A stretch of DNA of 64,000 bases from Hydrolagus colliei (Eukaryota): positions 4,402,001-4,466,000 of the forward strand of contig CM068748.1 of the NCBI GenBank assembly GCA_035084275.1, written 5' to 3'. Position 1 is the first letter of the stretch. Every line of letters starts with the position of its first letter. Positions 25,316 to 37,400 of the stretch are shown piece by piece. A model generated the notes under the pieces. The model worked only from the letters and a program-made list of their open reading frames with translations. It was not told the origin of the DNA and did no database searches. The position numbers and the translations under genes are program-made.

Positions 25316-26855
25316 CTGTGATTGTCTCTGTCCTCATTCGATGTAATGTTTTGATTTGGTTTTTCAGTCTGTTTTTATTTAATGCAAATGCAAGTTTTTA
25401 TTCAGCCCGAAAAACACATCTGCATTTGCTACTCACTGTGAAATATAGCCTTCTATATCCACAAGGAGCAAAACAATTTGTAAAGTTGAAGGGCAAAGTT
25501 GTCGGAGGGCTTTTCATCACATAAGCCTACAAATGACATAATAAAAGAGTAAAGGATTATGTATGATATAATTCTTTAAAATCAGACATTGTTGTTTTTC
25601 CTCAAAGTATAAATGTACACTCTTGCTTTTTAATCAGCTTCTACTCAGTCCTGTAATGCAAGCTGTTTAGGTTCAGTGGAGTTCCAGTAGCATATCTTAT
25701 TGGAGAATGCAATTTCTCCAGGGTAAAAGCAAAGCTCTACATCAAAGCCTGATTGAGCAGAAAATACGTGCTAATGTTCACAGCAGTACTCTATTATATT
25801 ATAAGTATGCTTGTAAATATTCACTGCATGTTATCACACCATTTGAACTATGAATATTGTAAGGTTAAAGGTTACTCCTAATACTCTCTCAAGAGGCAGT
25901 AGTTTTAAATATATCCAAATGGGATAATGGTCAAGAATACCCAAAGGGGGGGAAAGTAGCACATCATAAAGAATTGCACTGTTTTTCAAGTTTTCAGGAC
26001 AACAAAGATGCCAAATAGATACCTCATAAGCAGTCATTATTAATGGAATGATAAGGCTAACGCTAAGCAAGAAGCTTTCACTGCAATAAATCTTCTCTGT
26101 GCTCCATTAGTCCACTTAATTCCAAATGGTAGTGAGGTTATAACCTAACACAGTAGAATTTTATTGTCATGATCTGTAATGTGTTTTATGCCATTTAAAA
26201 TTTAGAGATAACACTCTAAAGGCTGAGGCTAAACACTGAGGCTTTCCTCACTGACATGAAATCTTAACACTTTCAGATTTGCATCTAAAGCAGTTTGTGA
26301 AAAGGTTGTTCAGAAACATGAAAGCTTCATCTAATTAAATCTAAGAATCCTTCACAATAACACAGTCACAAATATCAAATGCATTATTTGTGTGTGTCCC
26401 TTATTAATTGCAACAGTTACTGTATAAAATTAAACAGAAGTATTTGTTTTGGTGGGGGGAGGATTGCTATCTATATTGCCTTCTCTTATAATGCCGGAGA
26501 ACTTCCTACTGTGAAAGACTCATCTTTGCTTCCCTCGCAATTGCTTATTAGTCAAATCCATTCCGCGAACAGAGCTTTTATGATGTAAATGATATCACCA
26601 CCATTTCTAATCGGTTAGCATTAACAAACAGAAATCGTCCACTTTGATCATTTTAGGATTAATATTTTTAAATTATTTGACATTTTTATTTTCAAATGGT
26701 GTTTCACAAATTCATAGTTTCTTCTTTTCCTCCACATTTATCCACTACTCACTTCCAGATCTACAATGCATTCTTCATTCAGAAGAAAGGTGATTAAGGC
26801 CCATTGATTCTCATGTACTGTCCAGTAGGAAACACTCAGTCATATGGAAAGGAAT

Positions 26856-27418
26856 ATAATATAATCCTTGCATTTGATATAGCACTTTTCACATTTTCTA
26901 GATCAGCGGTTCTCAACTGGGGTTACATGTACCCCAGGTACAAAATTACTTCCAGGGGGTACAGGTGGCGGTACATTGATTTATTTAGCTCTCTTATTTA
27001 GTATTTTATAGCCTCCCAAATTGTATATTTAATTGTTAATCCCCTCCTTTTGTATATGCTAGTTATTTTTTTTATAAAGGAAAAGCTTGGTCATAAAATG
27101 GAAGTGGAATGAGGGTGGTGGTGTGTGTGTGTATGTGGTTGGGTGGGGGTACATGATAATGTTGAAAGTTAACAAGGGGTACATTACTGAAAAAGGTTGA
27201 GAACCACTGTTCTAGATATCTCAAAATGCTTCACAAAATATATTGGAAAGTGAATTGACTGTATATTTGTGGACGAAACATGGCAGCCAATTATGTGCCA
27301 CAAACAGTCATGGATTGAAATTACCAAATTATTTTTTTTTAGGGATTATTATCAGGTGTGTGGATTAAGGAAACTTGCCGAAGGTTTCGCCCTGCCAGGA
27401 ATTGAACTCAGGTTTCTA
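26856..27418 (-). mobile_element. tRNA-SINE split by a hAT MITE
   Basis: Tail at 26856-26903; body resumes at 27210 and runs to a B-box remnant (ggaattgaactcagg). Confidence 0.85.
26904..27209. mobile_element. Non-autonomous hAT (Charlie-type) MITE, 306 bp
   Basis: TIRs CAGCGGTTCTCAAC and GTTGAGAACCACTG. Perfect 8-bp TSD ttctagat at 26896-26903 and 27210-27217, matching the NTCTAGAN target preference. Internal ggggtac repeats. Confidence 0.95.
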
Positions 27419-27423
27419 CAACT

Positions 27424-27529
27424 GGGCCAGATTTTAGTTCTCCCCAATGAAACCTTTGGAAGTTTAGATAAAGTTATCCCTTGGAAACCTGAAATACAGG
27501 TACATTCATTGAGACCAAAAATCTGACCC
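27424..27529. mobile_element. Short old MITE (GGGCCAGATTTT-type TIR, possibly PIF/Harbinger)
   Basis: gggccagattttagttctc versus the reverse complement of gagaccaaaaatctgaccc: 16/19 match. No clear TSD. Confidence 0.55.
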
Positions 27530-27539
27530 GGGTTTCACA

Positions 27540-27830
27540 GAGAGACTGAGTTGCACAATGGGTTGCAACACTATCCGTTCACTTCTGGGACCTAGGTTCC
27601 AATCCAATCCAGACTGATGAGATGAAAGTCTCCTCTCTTCTAAAAATCCATAAAATCAATTTCTTTGAAGAATGTGTGCACATTTTAGAATCACACGACG
27701 TTACATTGGAGTGACGACCAATCAGACACCCTATGTGAAATGAGTTTGTGCGGTCTCAATTCGGTGCCTATTAGTTGAGAATCATAGTTCAAAACTACTT
27801 ATTAATGCACAGTTTGTCAGAGAATACAAG
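27540..27830 (+). mobile_element. LF-SINE-like ancient SINE (interrupted near 27640-27728)
   Basis: ttcacttctgggacctaggttccaatccaatccagactgatgagatgaaagtctcctctc ... cctatgtgaaatgagtttgtgcggtctca. Confidence 0.75.
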
Positions 27831-30595
27831 GGTAGCTCATCTGGGAATGCCCCACTTCCACGAGCAGCACCAAACTCTCCCCATGGTGTCATTGGAGAAT
27901 AGGAGATGCATTATCGGGATGTTCAGACATTGCTGTGGCTGAGCTAGGTACAGTATATGCATCTGTCACCAGATCTGGAAATGAGGTTAACCCAAAATAA
28001 CAGCATTTATCTTAATGACTACAAATATTCACTTTCCTAAACATGTCGAAAAGTCCTTCTTTCTTCCAGTTGATACTACTGATTATACAGCCACTTCATA
28101 TCCGATGCTTTTAATCAACAAGTGCATCAGGTGATGAAGATACAGCACTGGATACATTTAAGAAACATCATGATTCTGTGATGGGAGAAAGGTTGGTATT
28201 CTGGAAGAATACGAATTGTAATCCAGTCTTTAAATTCTGGTCTAAAATATGAACACAGTTATGAGGGTCACCATTCAAAGCTGATTTCTTTCCACTGTCA
28301 GTTCCCTACAAAAGCATTGCTGTTTGCAGGGGCACTTTACCTTTAACTTTTTGATTCTAGATGTAAATGCAGACTTTGTGAGACATTCTTCCAGGGATAA
28401 CAGCTTTATTTAATTAATGGGTAACATTACCTTCCCATGTTCTACTTTTATACCAGTCACAAGCTGAATGAATAATAAAACCTGACAGACATGAATGACT
28501 TACAGTAGATCAATGTCATAAGCTCCTCTGTTTTGAAATATCCCCATATGCTTGAATACTTATGCAAAAACCTGGATTTAATGCCTCTTAAGCTTTAGAA
28601 GAATACATAAACTGGATAAGTTAGATAATAAATACATTTCTGTAACTGGAATATTCAATCATATCAGAAATAAGGCGAACATTGTGAAGAAATATCAACT
28701 CTTTAAAACTCAAGTGCTCCATGGATAATATGAAGCTTTTAAAGTCACTAGCTGTTAAAATCATCATACAACAGAAATTATTTTATCTTCAGTTTGTTTT
28801 GAGATATTTAGATTTATTTAATGCAAATTCTGACAGCAGGGTGACTGCCAGAGAATTTCACGAGATTTGGGTGGAAAATTACTACCTGTATCAGGATTCT
28901 CAGAGGGAATATGAATGCCCTCAGTCTGAATGTGCCAGATAACCACCATGTTAACGTCACCAGAGTAATACGTCAGGCATGTACAACACATACATTACAA
29001 TACAACATTCGACTTACTTCAAATTCTGTCAGTATTATTACCATATATGTCATAATAAAATGATGACTGTGAAGCAGCACATAGTTAAGCCCATGATAAT
29101 TGCACTGTCTATTTTTCCATAGCACGATAATCTTGAAACATATTTTTCCAATTATCCTGTTACCGAATACTCACAGAGTGACAACCTTATTAATCCCCAC
29201 ATATTTTACAGCCTGTTGTTAACAGCATAAAAGAGGCAAGGCTGGAGCTCACACTATTACACTTGATGGATTCGCTGAGGGTTGACCACTTGTTCAGCAA
29301 ACGTGAACAATACCCTATGACTGTGGTACTTTAGACACACTATGGCATGATATTCAACATTCGATAGCCGACACATGATTCTGTCACAAAAAGGTCTCCG
29401 TAAGAGATTTCACAATTTCGAGGGGGTAAAGGACTTGAATCTGAATAACACAATTGAGTTGGAGGCCTTTCACTGTCACTTTCAATTTACCAGGCACGAA
29501 AGAAGACAATTAGTGAAAGTGACAATAACAGGGCTTTCACTCCAATATCATTCAGTTTTCCTCTGAGAAACATTCAAGATGAACCACTTTGAAACAAAAT
29601 CACTACAAAACAAGTAAGCTACATTCTGCGATGGCTGCTATTGCAATTTTGTGATTTTTTATATTACATTTTCCCAGTTAAAGAGAGATATAAACACTTC
29701 CATCTGCAGGAAAGATGAACAGCAAGCGACATATCTATCTGCAGCTCAATATATTGGGCAAAACAGAACTAACAAGCAGAATTCCAAAAACACTCTCAGA
29801 TTCAATTGTATTTATTTAAATGTTCTTTTTGCCTGTGTGCCAATGCTCTTGTCATATCATGGGTGTCTGTATAAACTCTTCAGGTCTCAAAAACAATCAA
29901 TAAAAAAGTGTTAATCCCTAAATAAAAGTCAGCGGTAATCATTTTAAACAAAACCCTAATCAAGGTCCCTTGATGTGTAGTTAATCTGAAGTGACAAGGA
30001 ATACCAAGAACGTACAGGCAATCTTATGTAACAAGTGAAAATATTTCAGATCTGGCAATAAAAAGACAACGGTTAAAAGTCAAAACAGCAAATGGGATTC
30101 TATTAAAATGCTTAAGAACAAGATATTAATGGCACAAAAATTTTGGTTTTGAGGAGTCTATTGCATAATTCTTGTGAAAAAAACAGAAAGAATTGAAATT
30201 ATTCTTTGTAACAATACCAAAGCACAATCTTAGCTGTAGGTACTGTATATAGGCTGTAAAGCATAACAGGGCAACTGCATTCAACATTAATTGTACCTTA
30301 TAGTTGATTTTATTTTGTATCTAATTGAGCAAGGTTGCTGCTGTCAAACACAGCATGTGCAAATCAGGGCTTGGTGACATCGGGGTAGGGAGGAGGGGAG
30401 AAATATTTTATTATTCCTCGGAATTATGCCTGGAAATGCTCAATTATGCCTCTTGGCGAAAAATAACTACCAAAAGCAAAAATCTTGAATTGTAATGAAA
30501 AACAGTTTTATATTAATTACAGCCGTATATATTAGGTTATTAATGAAGAACAATTCACAGTGGTATGTTTCTTTGAAGGAATTTCTTCATACATG

Positions 30596-30620
30596 CATTC
30601 ATTCATTCATTCATTCATTC
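30596..30620. repeat. (CATT)n microsatellite
   Basis: About 6 units, read directly. Confidence 0.9.
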
Positions 30621-31790
30621 AATATGTGTCGTTTTTTTAAAAAAAATCCTGATTGAGCCGCACACAACTGGAGACAGATTTTGCTCAACTGCAGTTTTAC
30701 TTACACACACAGATGATGAAGCTGATCTAAAGTCAAACTTGTGTCATGCTAATAATCCATCCAACATAAAATTAAGCAATAATGGACAATTTACACAAAA
30801 TTGCTTAACCTGAATTGTCATTTATTTTGGTGTCGACCCAGATCATTGCTGCCTGCATAAATGGTAGTTGTAGACTTGAATAGGAAATAAGTGTGTTATA
30901 ATGACTCTTGCTGCCAGCATTCGAAAATGAGTTGCAATGAGACGCATGCTGAACACAACTTGAAAATAACTCCAAGGTTAATAGCTTCATCACACAGTGA
31001 CAGCATCTATAGCGCATACTTCGTGCGGTACTTGCAATAAGACGGCAGAATATAATCACTGTCAGTAAGGCATACTGCAATACAAGTGATGGCTAACTGG
31101 ATAGTATATACATTTATCTTCCAGCATATTTTAACTTTAAAGACTGCCTGGTATATTTTAAGATGGAAATTCACATTTGTAATCTTTTTTGTGCAGCCCT
31201 TACTATGTTTTATTGTTGTTGGGGTTTCCAGGTAAACGTACAATGTGCCATATGGTAAATTTTAGCCAAACGTTAAATTTACCTATCAAAATTCTTATTG
31301 GGAGCGTGAGTAATTTAGTGTATATTTGCAGTCAGGTTGCAATCTTATAGTGCATGGTTAGTTTACTAACGATCTTAATCAAATGATTTCATACCCGGTT
31401 TTGTAACATAGGGAGAGAGATTAAATTTCTAGTGAACTAGCTGCATTCAGCAGTGAATGTGAGTCCATATTTCCTAGCAGTTCAGTGGTGAGTGTGTGCC
31501 TAGTCCCTGGTGAATGTGGGCTGTACTGCTGGAGCTGTCTTTTGTCTAGGGGAGAGACTTGTCCTTCAGCACCAAGACTGAGAGCAAATCCAGAGTTTCC
31601 AGTGCACTGTGAAAGTGGAAAGGGAGCATGCACAGTTAAAATTATACAGACACGTGAATCCAGCAATTGAAAGATTTATTTTGTCTCCCAGAGTATAATA
31701 TTCCTTGCATTTCATACAGTGCCCTATCATGTCTTTACAGGATTTACAGTAAATAATCCATACATTTGATATAGTGCCTTATCACATCTT

Positions 31791-32545
31791 CACCAAGCCA
31801 GTCAGGAACCTAGGTAGCCTGTTCAATCCTCATCTGTCTTTCCTCCCCCACATTCAAGCCATGACCTATTCTGCCTTCCCTCACATCCGCAATATTGCGG
31901 GACTCCGCCACTTCTTTAACCCTCAGGCCGCTGAAACCCTCATTCATTCCTTCATTACATCCAGGCTCGCCTACACCAATGCCCTGCTTCTTGGCCTTTC
32001 CAAATCCACCTGCACATAATCCAGAACTCTGCAGCCCATGTCCTCTTCAGCTCCAAACACCGTGAACCCATCTCCCCCATTGTGGCGTGACTCCATTGGC
32101 TCCCCATCACTCAGAGGATTCAATTCAAGATCCTGGTCTTCAACTTCAAAGCCCTCCACAGCCTCACCCTACCCTAACTCTGCGACCTCCTAACCCCCTA
32201 CCAATCTGCCCGCCCCCTCCGCTCAGCAGGCTTCGGCCTGCTCCACATCCCCCGACTGATCAGCCTTTCTGCACTAAACCTCAGGAACTCCATCCCGCAG
32301 TCCCTTCGCCTCGCCCCCTCCCTGTCCTCCTTCAAGTCCCGCCTCATGACCCTCGTCTTCGACCTGCCACACTAACTCTTCCCCCTCTCCCACTCTCCTT
32401 CCCCTTCCCCCTACTTCGACCCTCCCATCCCCCCCCACTCCCCCTCCCCGTTCGGGTCCCGACCAGACTGTTCAGCGCTTTGGGACGTCCTCCTGACGGG
32501 AAGGGCGCTATATAAGTGCAATTTTGTTATTGCTGTTGTTGTTGT
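31791..32545 (+). mobile_element. 5'-truncated L2 LINE
   Basis: KPVRNLGSLFNP..RNIAGLRHF..IHSFITSRLAYTNALLLGL; collinear with 13660-14340; ends in a (TTG)n tail. Confidence 0.92.
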
Positions 32546-32679
32546 CCCATCGGTCACCCCTAATCCCCTCATCACCCTCCACCCTCCCAAGTCGGGTCTG
32601 AAACATTGACTGTCCAGTGCATTGCGACATCCTCCCAACATGAAAGGCACTATACAAATGTAATTTTGTTGTTGTTGTT
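32546..32679 (+). mobile_element. Second L2 3' tail in tandem
   Basis: gtcgggtctgaaacattgactgtccagtgc..atgaaaggcactatacaaatgtaattt(tgt)n. Confidence 0.85.
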
Positions 32680-32729
32680 CTAGACTTTTCAAACTGCTTC
32701 ATAGATGATACTGTACTTTTGACCCAAAT

Positions 32730-32794
32730 CAACAACAACAAAATTACATTTTTAGAGCACCTTTCACGTCAGGAGAACATCCCAAGGCACTGAA
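32730..32794 (-). mobile_element. L2 3'-tail fragment
   Basis: (caa)n aattacatt..gcacctttcacgtcaggagaacatcccaaggcactgaa. Confidence 0.85.
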
Positions 32795-33509
32795 AATCAC
32801 AATTGCGCACATCAGTGTCCCAGAAACAGTCATTAGATTGAGTGACCAAATTATTTTTTTGAAGGGTTTATTATACTCGGAATAATGATCCACCAATCGA
32901 CTAACAGCTAGGTTCTACTTACTGCTGGGTAAACAGAGATGTGTGGAGTAAGGAAATTTGCCCAACGTTTTGTCCTGCCTGGGAATCGAACCCGTGTATT
33001 CTCGCTTGCGAGCCAAGTGCTCTAACCACTAAGCTACAGGACTCCACAAAGTGGTTTGACTGGTATTCATAGAGTAGTGCATATGTGGAATAGATTCCAA
33101 ACAAAAGCATTTGAACCTTGCAAGTAAATCATTCAAAAAGAATTGTCTCTGAGCCAAGTTTGTCTCAAGGTACTTTTATCAGTTTGAGGTAACCTCCACA
33201 TTACCATTTTCCTGAACAGTCTTTCATCAATGGATGGATGGAGGTTAAACTGTTGCAATGTGGTATTGACATATCCAGGTTTTACTTGATTTACTTACAA
33301 CAACAACAAATTACTTTTCTAGAGACTACATCAAATTTTTATATATATAGATCTTTCCTTCAACAGATACAGTATGCAGTATAGAATTCATAACAGGGTA
33401 GATTCTGCCTTGACTGTGGAGACAGCAGGCTTGATGAGGCAAATGCCCTTTCCCAACTTGTTTGTCACATCTGGTAATGTGTGCGGCGCTTTGTAAAGCC
33501 ATTCTCTAA

Positions 33510-33550
33510 CTGAGGATGGGACCTCAGTTAACATCTCATCCGAAGGACGG
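33510..33550 (-). mobile_element. Deu-domain fragment
   Basis: gggacctcagttaacatctcatccgaaggacgg resembles the reverse complement of the Deu core ccgtctttcggatgagacgttaaaccgagg. Confidence 0.45.
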
Positions 33551-34066
33551 ATACAATGGTCTAGTCTGAGTGAGTACACAATTCAAAACAGTATTTGGGG
33601 TTTTAAAGTAGCATTTCAATGTCTTGGATCAGAAAAACGACTTTAAGTCAGTTCCTTGTGTTTTTCTTATTGATTTTCTCCCAGCAGAAATAGCAGCGCT
33701 GCAGGGGTGAAATTTAAAGAAGGTGGTGGAGGGGGCTTGGAGAGCAATGGGAATCATGTCAGCTTATGTTGGTGGTAATTAGGAACATGTTTGCCTTGTT
33801 CGATAACACATTACTGGCGAAAGTTATCGCAAGAAACTGGATATTGAATGTCACAAAGTTTCACTCAATGCTCTTAAGGCTATGACAATGAGAATTTGAG
33901 GGAATCTGATCGGCATCCAGTAAAACCCCTGAAAAGTGTATTTATGGCCTGGACTGGAGTCAGCTGTAATACCTTCTGTAGTTGAACAGCCTTCTGACAC
34001 TGATTGTCTGTGCTTACATATGAATAATGGCCACTGGAAACACCAGAGAGTGCATCCATGGGGGCT

Positions 34067-34114
34067 CAGAGTAAAAGGTGAGAAAACAGCACTCCAGAGT
34101 AAAAGGTGAGAAAA
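34067..34114. repeat. Perfect 20-bp direct duplication
   Basis: cagagtaaaaggtgagaaaa at 34067-34086 and 34095-34114. Confidence 0.9.
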
Positions 34115-34334
34115 TTGGAAAGAAAGCATAAAACAAAACTTGATGCATACATTGTTTTAATTTGGTGTTTCTATATTGCCAGCCCCTCGAGAACTAAAAA
34201 CATATTTCTTTAATCTGTCGAGACACAAACAATTTCCATCATACTGCAAGAAAGGTTCAAATTAAGGTCCTTTAGTTATTTGATCTCATTCTTTTAGAAT
34301 AAGCCTACCATTAGCCCAGCTTTGCTTTTGAATG

Positions 34335-34470
34335 AGTCCAGCATTCTGGCTTCAATCACCCTTCTTGGTAACCTGTTTCAGTCATTAACCGCCTTCTGGG
34401 TGAATAAATGTTTCCTGAAATTGCCCCCTTGCAACCCTAAACCTGTATCCCCTTGCTCTCCTGTCTTAAT
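34335..34470 (-). mobile_element. CR1 LINE ORF2 C-terminal remnant
   Basis: Minus strand encodes RARGYRF..RKHLFTQKAVND*NRLPRRVIEA, like the CR1 motif TRGH..K.....RK.FF.QRVV..WN.LP..VVEA. Confidence 0.75.
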
Positions 34471-37400
34471 TATGTTTTTTTTTCCAAAATAATAATCCAG
34501 AACAACACTGTATACCAGAATTAAGAACACAGGTCAGGAAGTTGAAATTATAACACATGGAATGCATTTCTATTTATTACACAATGGTGAGAAAGAGTTA
34601 AAATTCTAATCTTGATTTAAATTTGGATGAGATGTTAATGCAGACCTGAAATGTTAATTGAGAAAAAAAATCACGTCCTCATGTTTTTTGTGTGCTATTT
34701 CTGCATTTTCAAATATAGATCAAGAAAACAATGACCTTGAACCCTCCACCAAAAAATTCATTTCAGAAAACTTAGATATCTAACATTTTATTTTGCCTTC
34801 CGAGAAATTCAACAACCTCTCCTTCCATCTGAAGTCAAGGTCATTGTTTGCACATGGTGCAGTAAGTTAAATCATAATCTTTTCAGGATTCTGTTGGTAA
34901 CACGCTAGGTAGCATTCTGCTTATTTATATAAATATACAAATATATATATATACCTCAATGCAAGCTGTTTCTCCAGTTCATTTGTGCTTTTTTTGTTAT
35001 TCAAGGTCATTATTCGGATAAATAAACCATCCAACTACTGAACACACTACTAAAGCATCATGGAGAGAGGGTACACAGAAGAGGAAATAACTCTCTCTGG
35101 GAGAAATTACATTCGATGAGGGCCAACCATATACAGCTTCTGTTTCAGGGAGTCTCCCAGGTAAATGTGGAGATTTGGTAGATTTTGGCAGTGCTATTGA
35201 GACAGCACACATATACTGAAAGCATAATCCTCTACAGAGTACCCCAGAGGGTCTTGTGATCATCTGTATGCTCATAGTTATTCCTTTCTCTCAAATTCAT
35301 GACAAGAGTTTCTTTATTCATTTTAATTTATCATCGATAACCTGACAGCTTCTCTTTCAGCAAAACATTAAGGGCTTGAAATTCCTCGGGTCGTAAGACA
35401 AAAACAACAAGTGTAAAGCTTATTTTTTTGAACTTTTAACGAATTTGCTGAAGAAATCGCTGGAACGCGACTTTCATAAAGTGGCGGCTGTGAGGAATGC
35501 ATATTCAAAAGGGGGGGGGGCAATGGGAAAATACCAGACAATGGCAAATCACCTGCAATAATACAATTTTCACGCTTCAGGCAGCTAATGAGTCACTTGA
35601 CCTCTGCAGGTTTTGAAAAGCCAGTGAAACCAAATGCGAAGTGTAAAATTGTCGTGGAAAAGTGTCTCGGCGGCTGCGACAGCAGCACAATACCAGTTTC
35701 AGGGAGGGAGCAATGCATCTGCTACTTAACCAGAGTGAGGAGGGAGCATAGTTTTAATGGGGGAGGACAACCCTCTAACATGCAAGGAGGGCACCAAGCA
35801 TTGTAACATGTTACTGACCACATCAATTCTGTCTCCACCGCAGGGAGGATCTGGCAGGAGGTCCGGAAGAATTTGCATAATTTAAACAGAAGCATTAGGA
35901 TAAGCCATGAATATTACTGTAAGGTTGGCACTCATGATACAGATGTACATTAGGAAAAGTTTAATTGTTACGAAAGTACTGTACTGACACAGATAAATGT
36001 TAACAAGAAAATAGCAAGTAAGCTATTAGAAGAGAAAACTGCAGGGTTACGGAAATTACATTATATATGTTGTAACAGAATAGTGAATGGACTGCACAAA
36101 GGAATCATTGCATCTCAAATCCCTACTGATCTTCTTATGTTTAAAGGCCAAACTCCCACATAATATGGGGCACATAGATCATTCAGCTGGTGAACCCCAG
36201 AGCTGAAGGCATTAGGACAGCAGGGACAATCTGGAATGGAGTTTGGAGTAGCACAAAAGACACATAGTATATGCAATATGAATTATATATTCTATAATTT
36301 GCACATTGTGTGTATCCGTGAACTCTGATTTATCCACAAGCACTTCATACTTTCCGTAATAAGAATTCTGGACCCAAGCAGATGAGGTTGCATTCATAAC
36401 ATGACACCTACCCGTCATAAGGAGAATCCAGTTGGTTACCAGCCACACTGTCAGTGTACAACATTACTGAGCGACTGTTACTAACTCCACCTTAAGCAGG
36501 TTCAACACAAATACAAATACTGGGGAGTAACCTGCATCTAGGCCTAATTGTGTTCTTGAGCTAGCCACTAGGGGATGTATAAGAGTGGTATGCTGTGGCC
36601 CTCTGGTCTCCCTTTTCCCCATGGGAAAGCACGTAGCATGTGTTCAAGGTATGGTCCTGAGTTACAGCTGAGAAACTCAGTAGGAAAAAAACACACACCA
36701 CAATACTGTATATGAAAGAAACACCAATTGTATCTCAAATCCCTTGCTGTTTCATCATCCTTGATTCCCATCATCCCCTCACTGCTCCATCACCATCTCG
36801 CCATGGGAGGCACTTTTTTTGCTAGTCTAATTTGGGGAGGGTGGAGCTTCCTTCTTCTTGTGTACATTCATTCAATATAATAGCCAATGTGCACCGATTC
36901 AACTATTAATTGGATTATGAGTAGACAGTAGTGCCACACCACTGAACAAAACTAATGTGCTTTTATTACAAGTAATTCTGCCATTCCCAGTGAGTTTCTC
37001 TGGCTAACTCTTAGACTTAATTGTCCTTGCTTTTTCTGATGTTCATTTCTGCCATGCATAACACAATTCCAGCTGGCAAAGAGCTGTGTTCGTTCTCCAG
37101 CAGAAAACAGAAAGCAAATCTCATAGCAAAAGCTCCAATAAAGGAAGAAACATGGGGCACAAGTCTTTCCTTTCGATGCTGCAGCAATTAACAATATTGA
37201 GGAATGAGTGATAAAATGTTACTTTTTACTGATGATTGTTCTAGCAGTTGTAACTGAAATGGTTAGCAAGCATTCAATAGCCTCCGATTAGACCTCAGGG
37301 AACAGAAATGGGCATCGGAAACACAAATCATAATCTAAGCATATTCCTCTGACGGATTACTTGGTACTGTGTTTGGATCAAGAGTGTTTTTTCAGGAGAT

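Larger units (their letters stand above)
31695..33047 (-). mobile_element. tRNA-SINE (with an extra tail remnant) carrying nested L2 insertions
   Basis: Tail to 31790, resumes at 32681, head at 32975-33047 (minus strand ggagtcctgtagcttagtggttagagcac..gggttcgattccc). A CORE-like ttgggcaaatttccttactcc..tctgtttacc segment follows the head. Confidence 0.85.

Noticed and set aside
27612-27631. ctgatgagatgaaag as a hammerhead core
   Set aside because: No stem II or flanking stems; it is an ordinary part of the LF-SINE-like body.
32087-32741. Proline-rich 142-aa ORF and neighbours
   Set aside because: Out-of-frame reading of C-rich L2 3' sequence.
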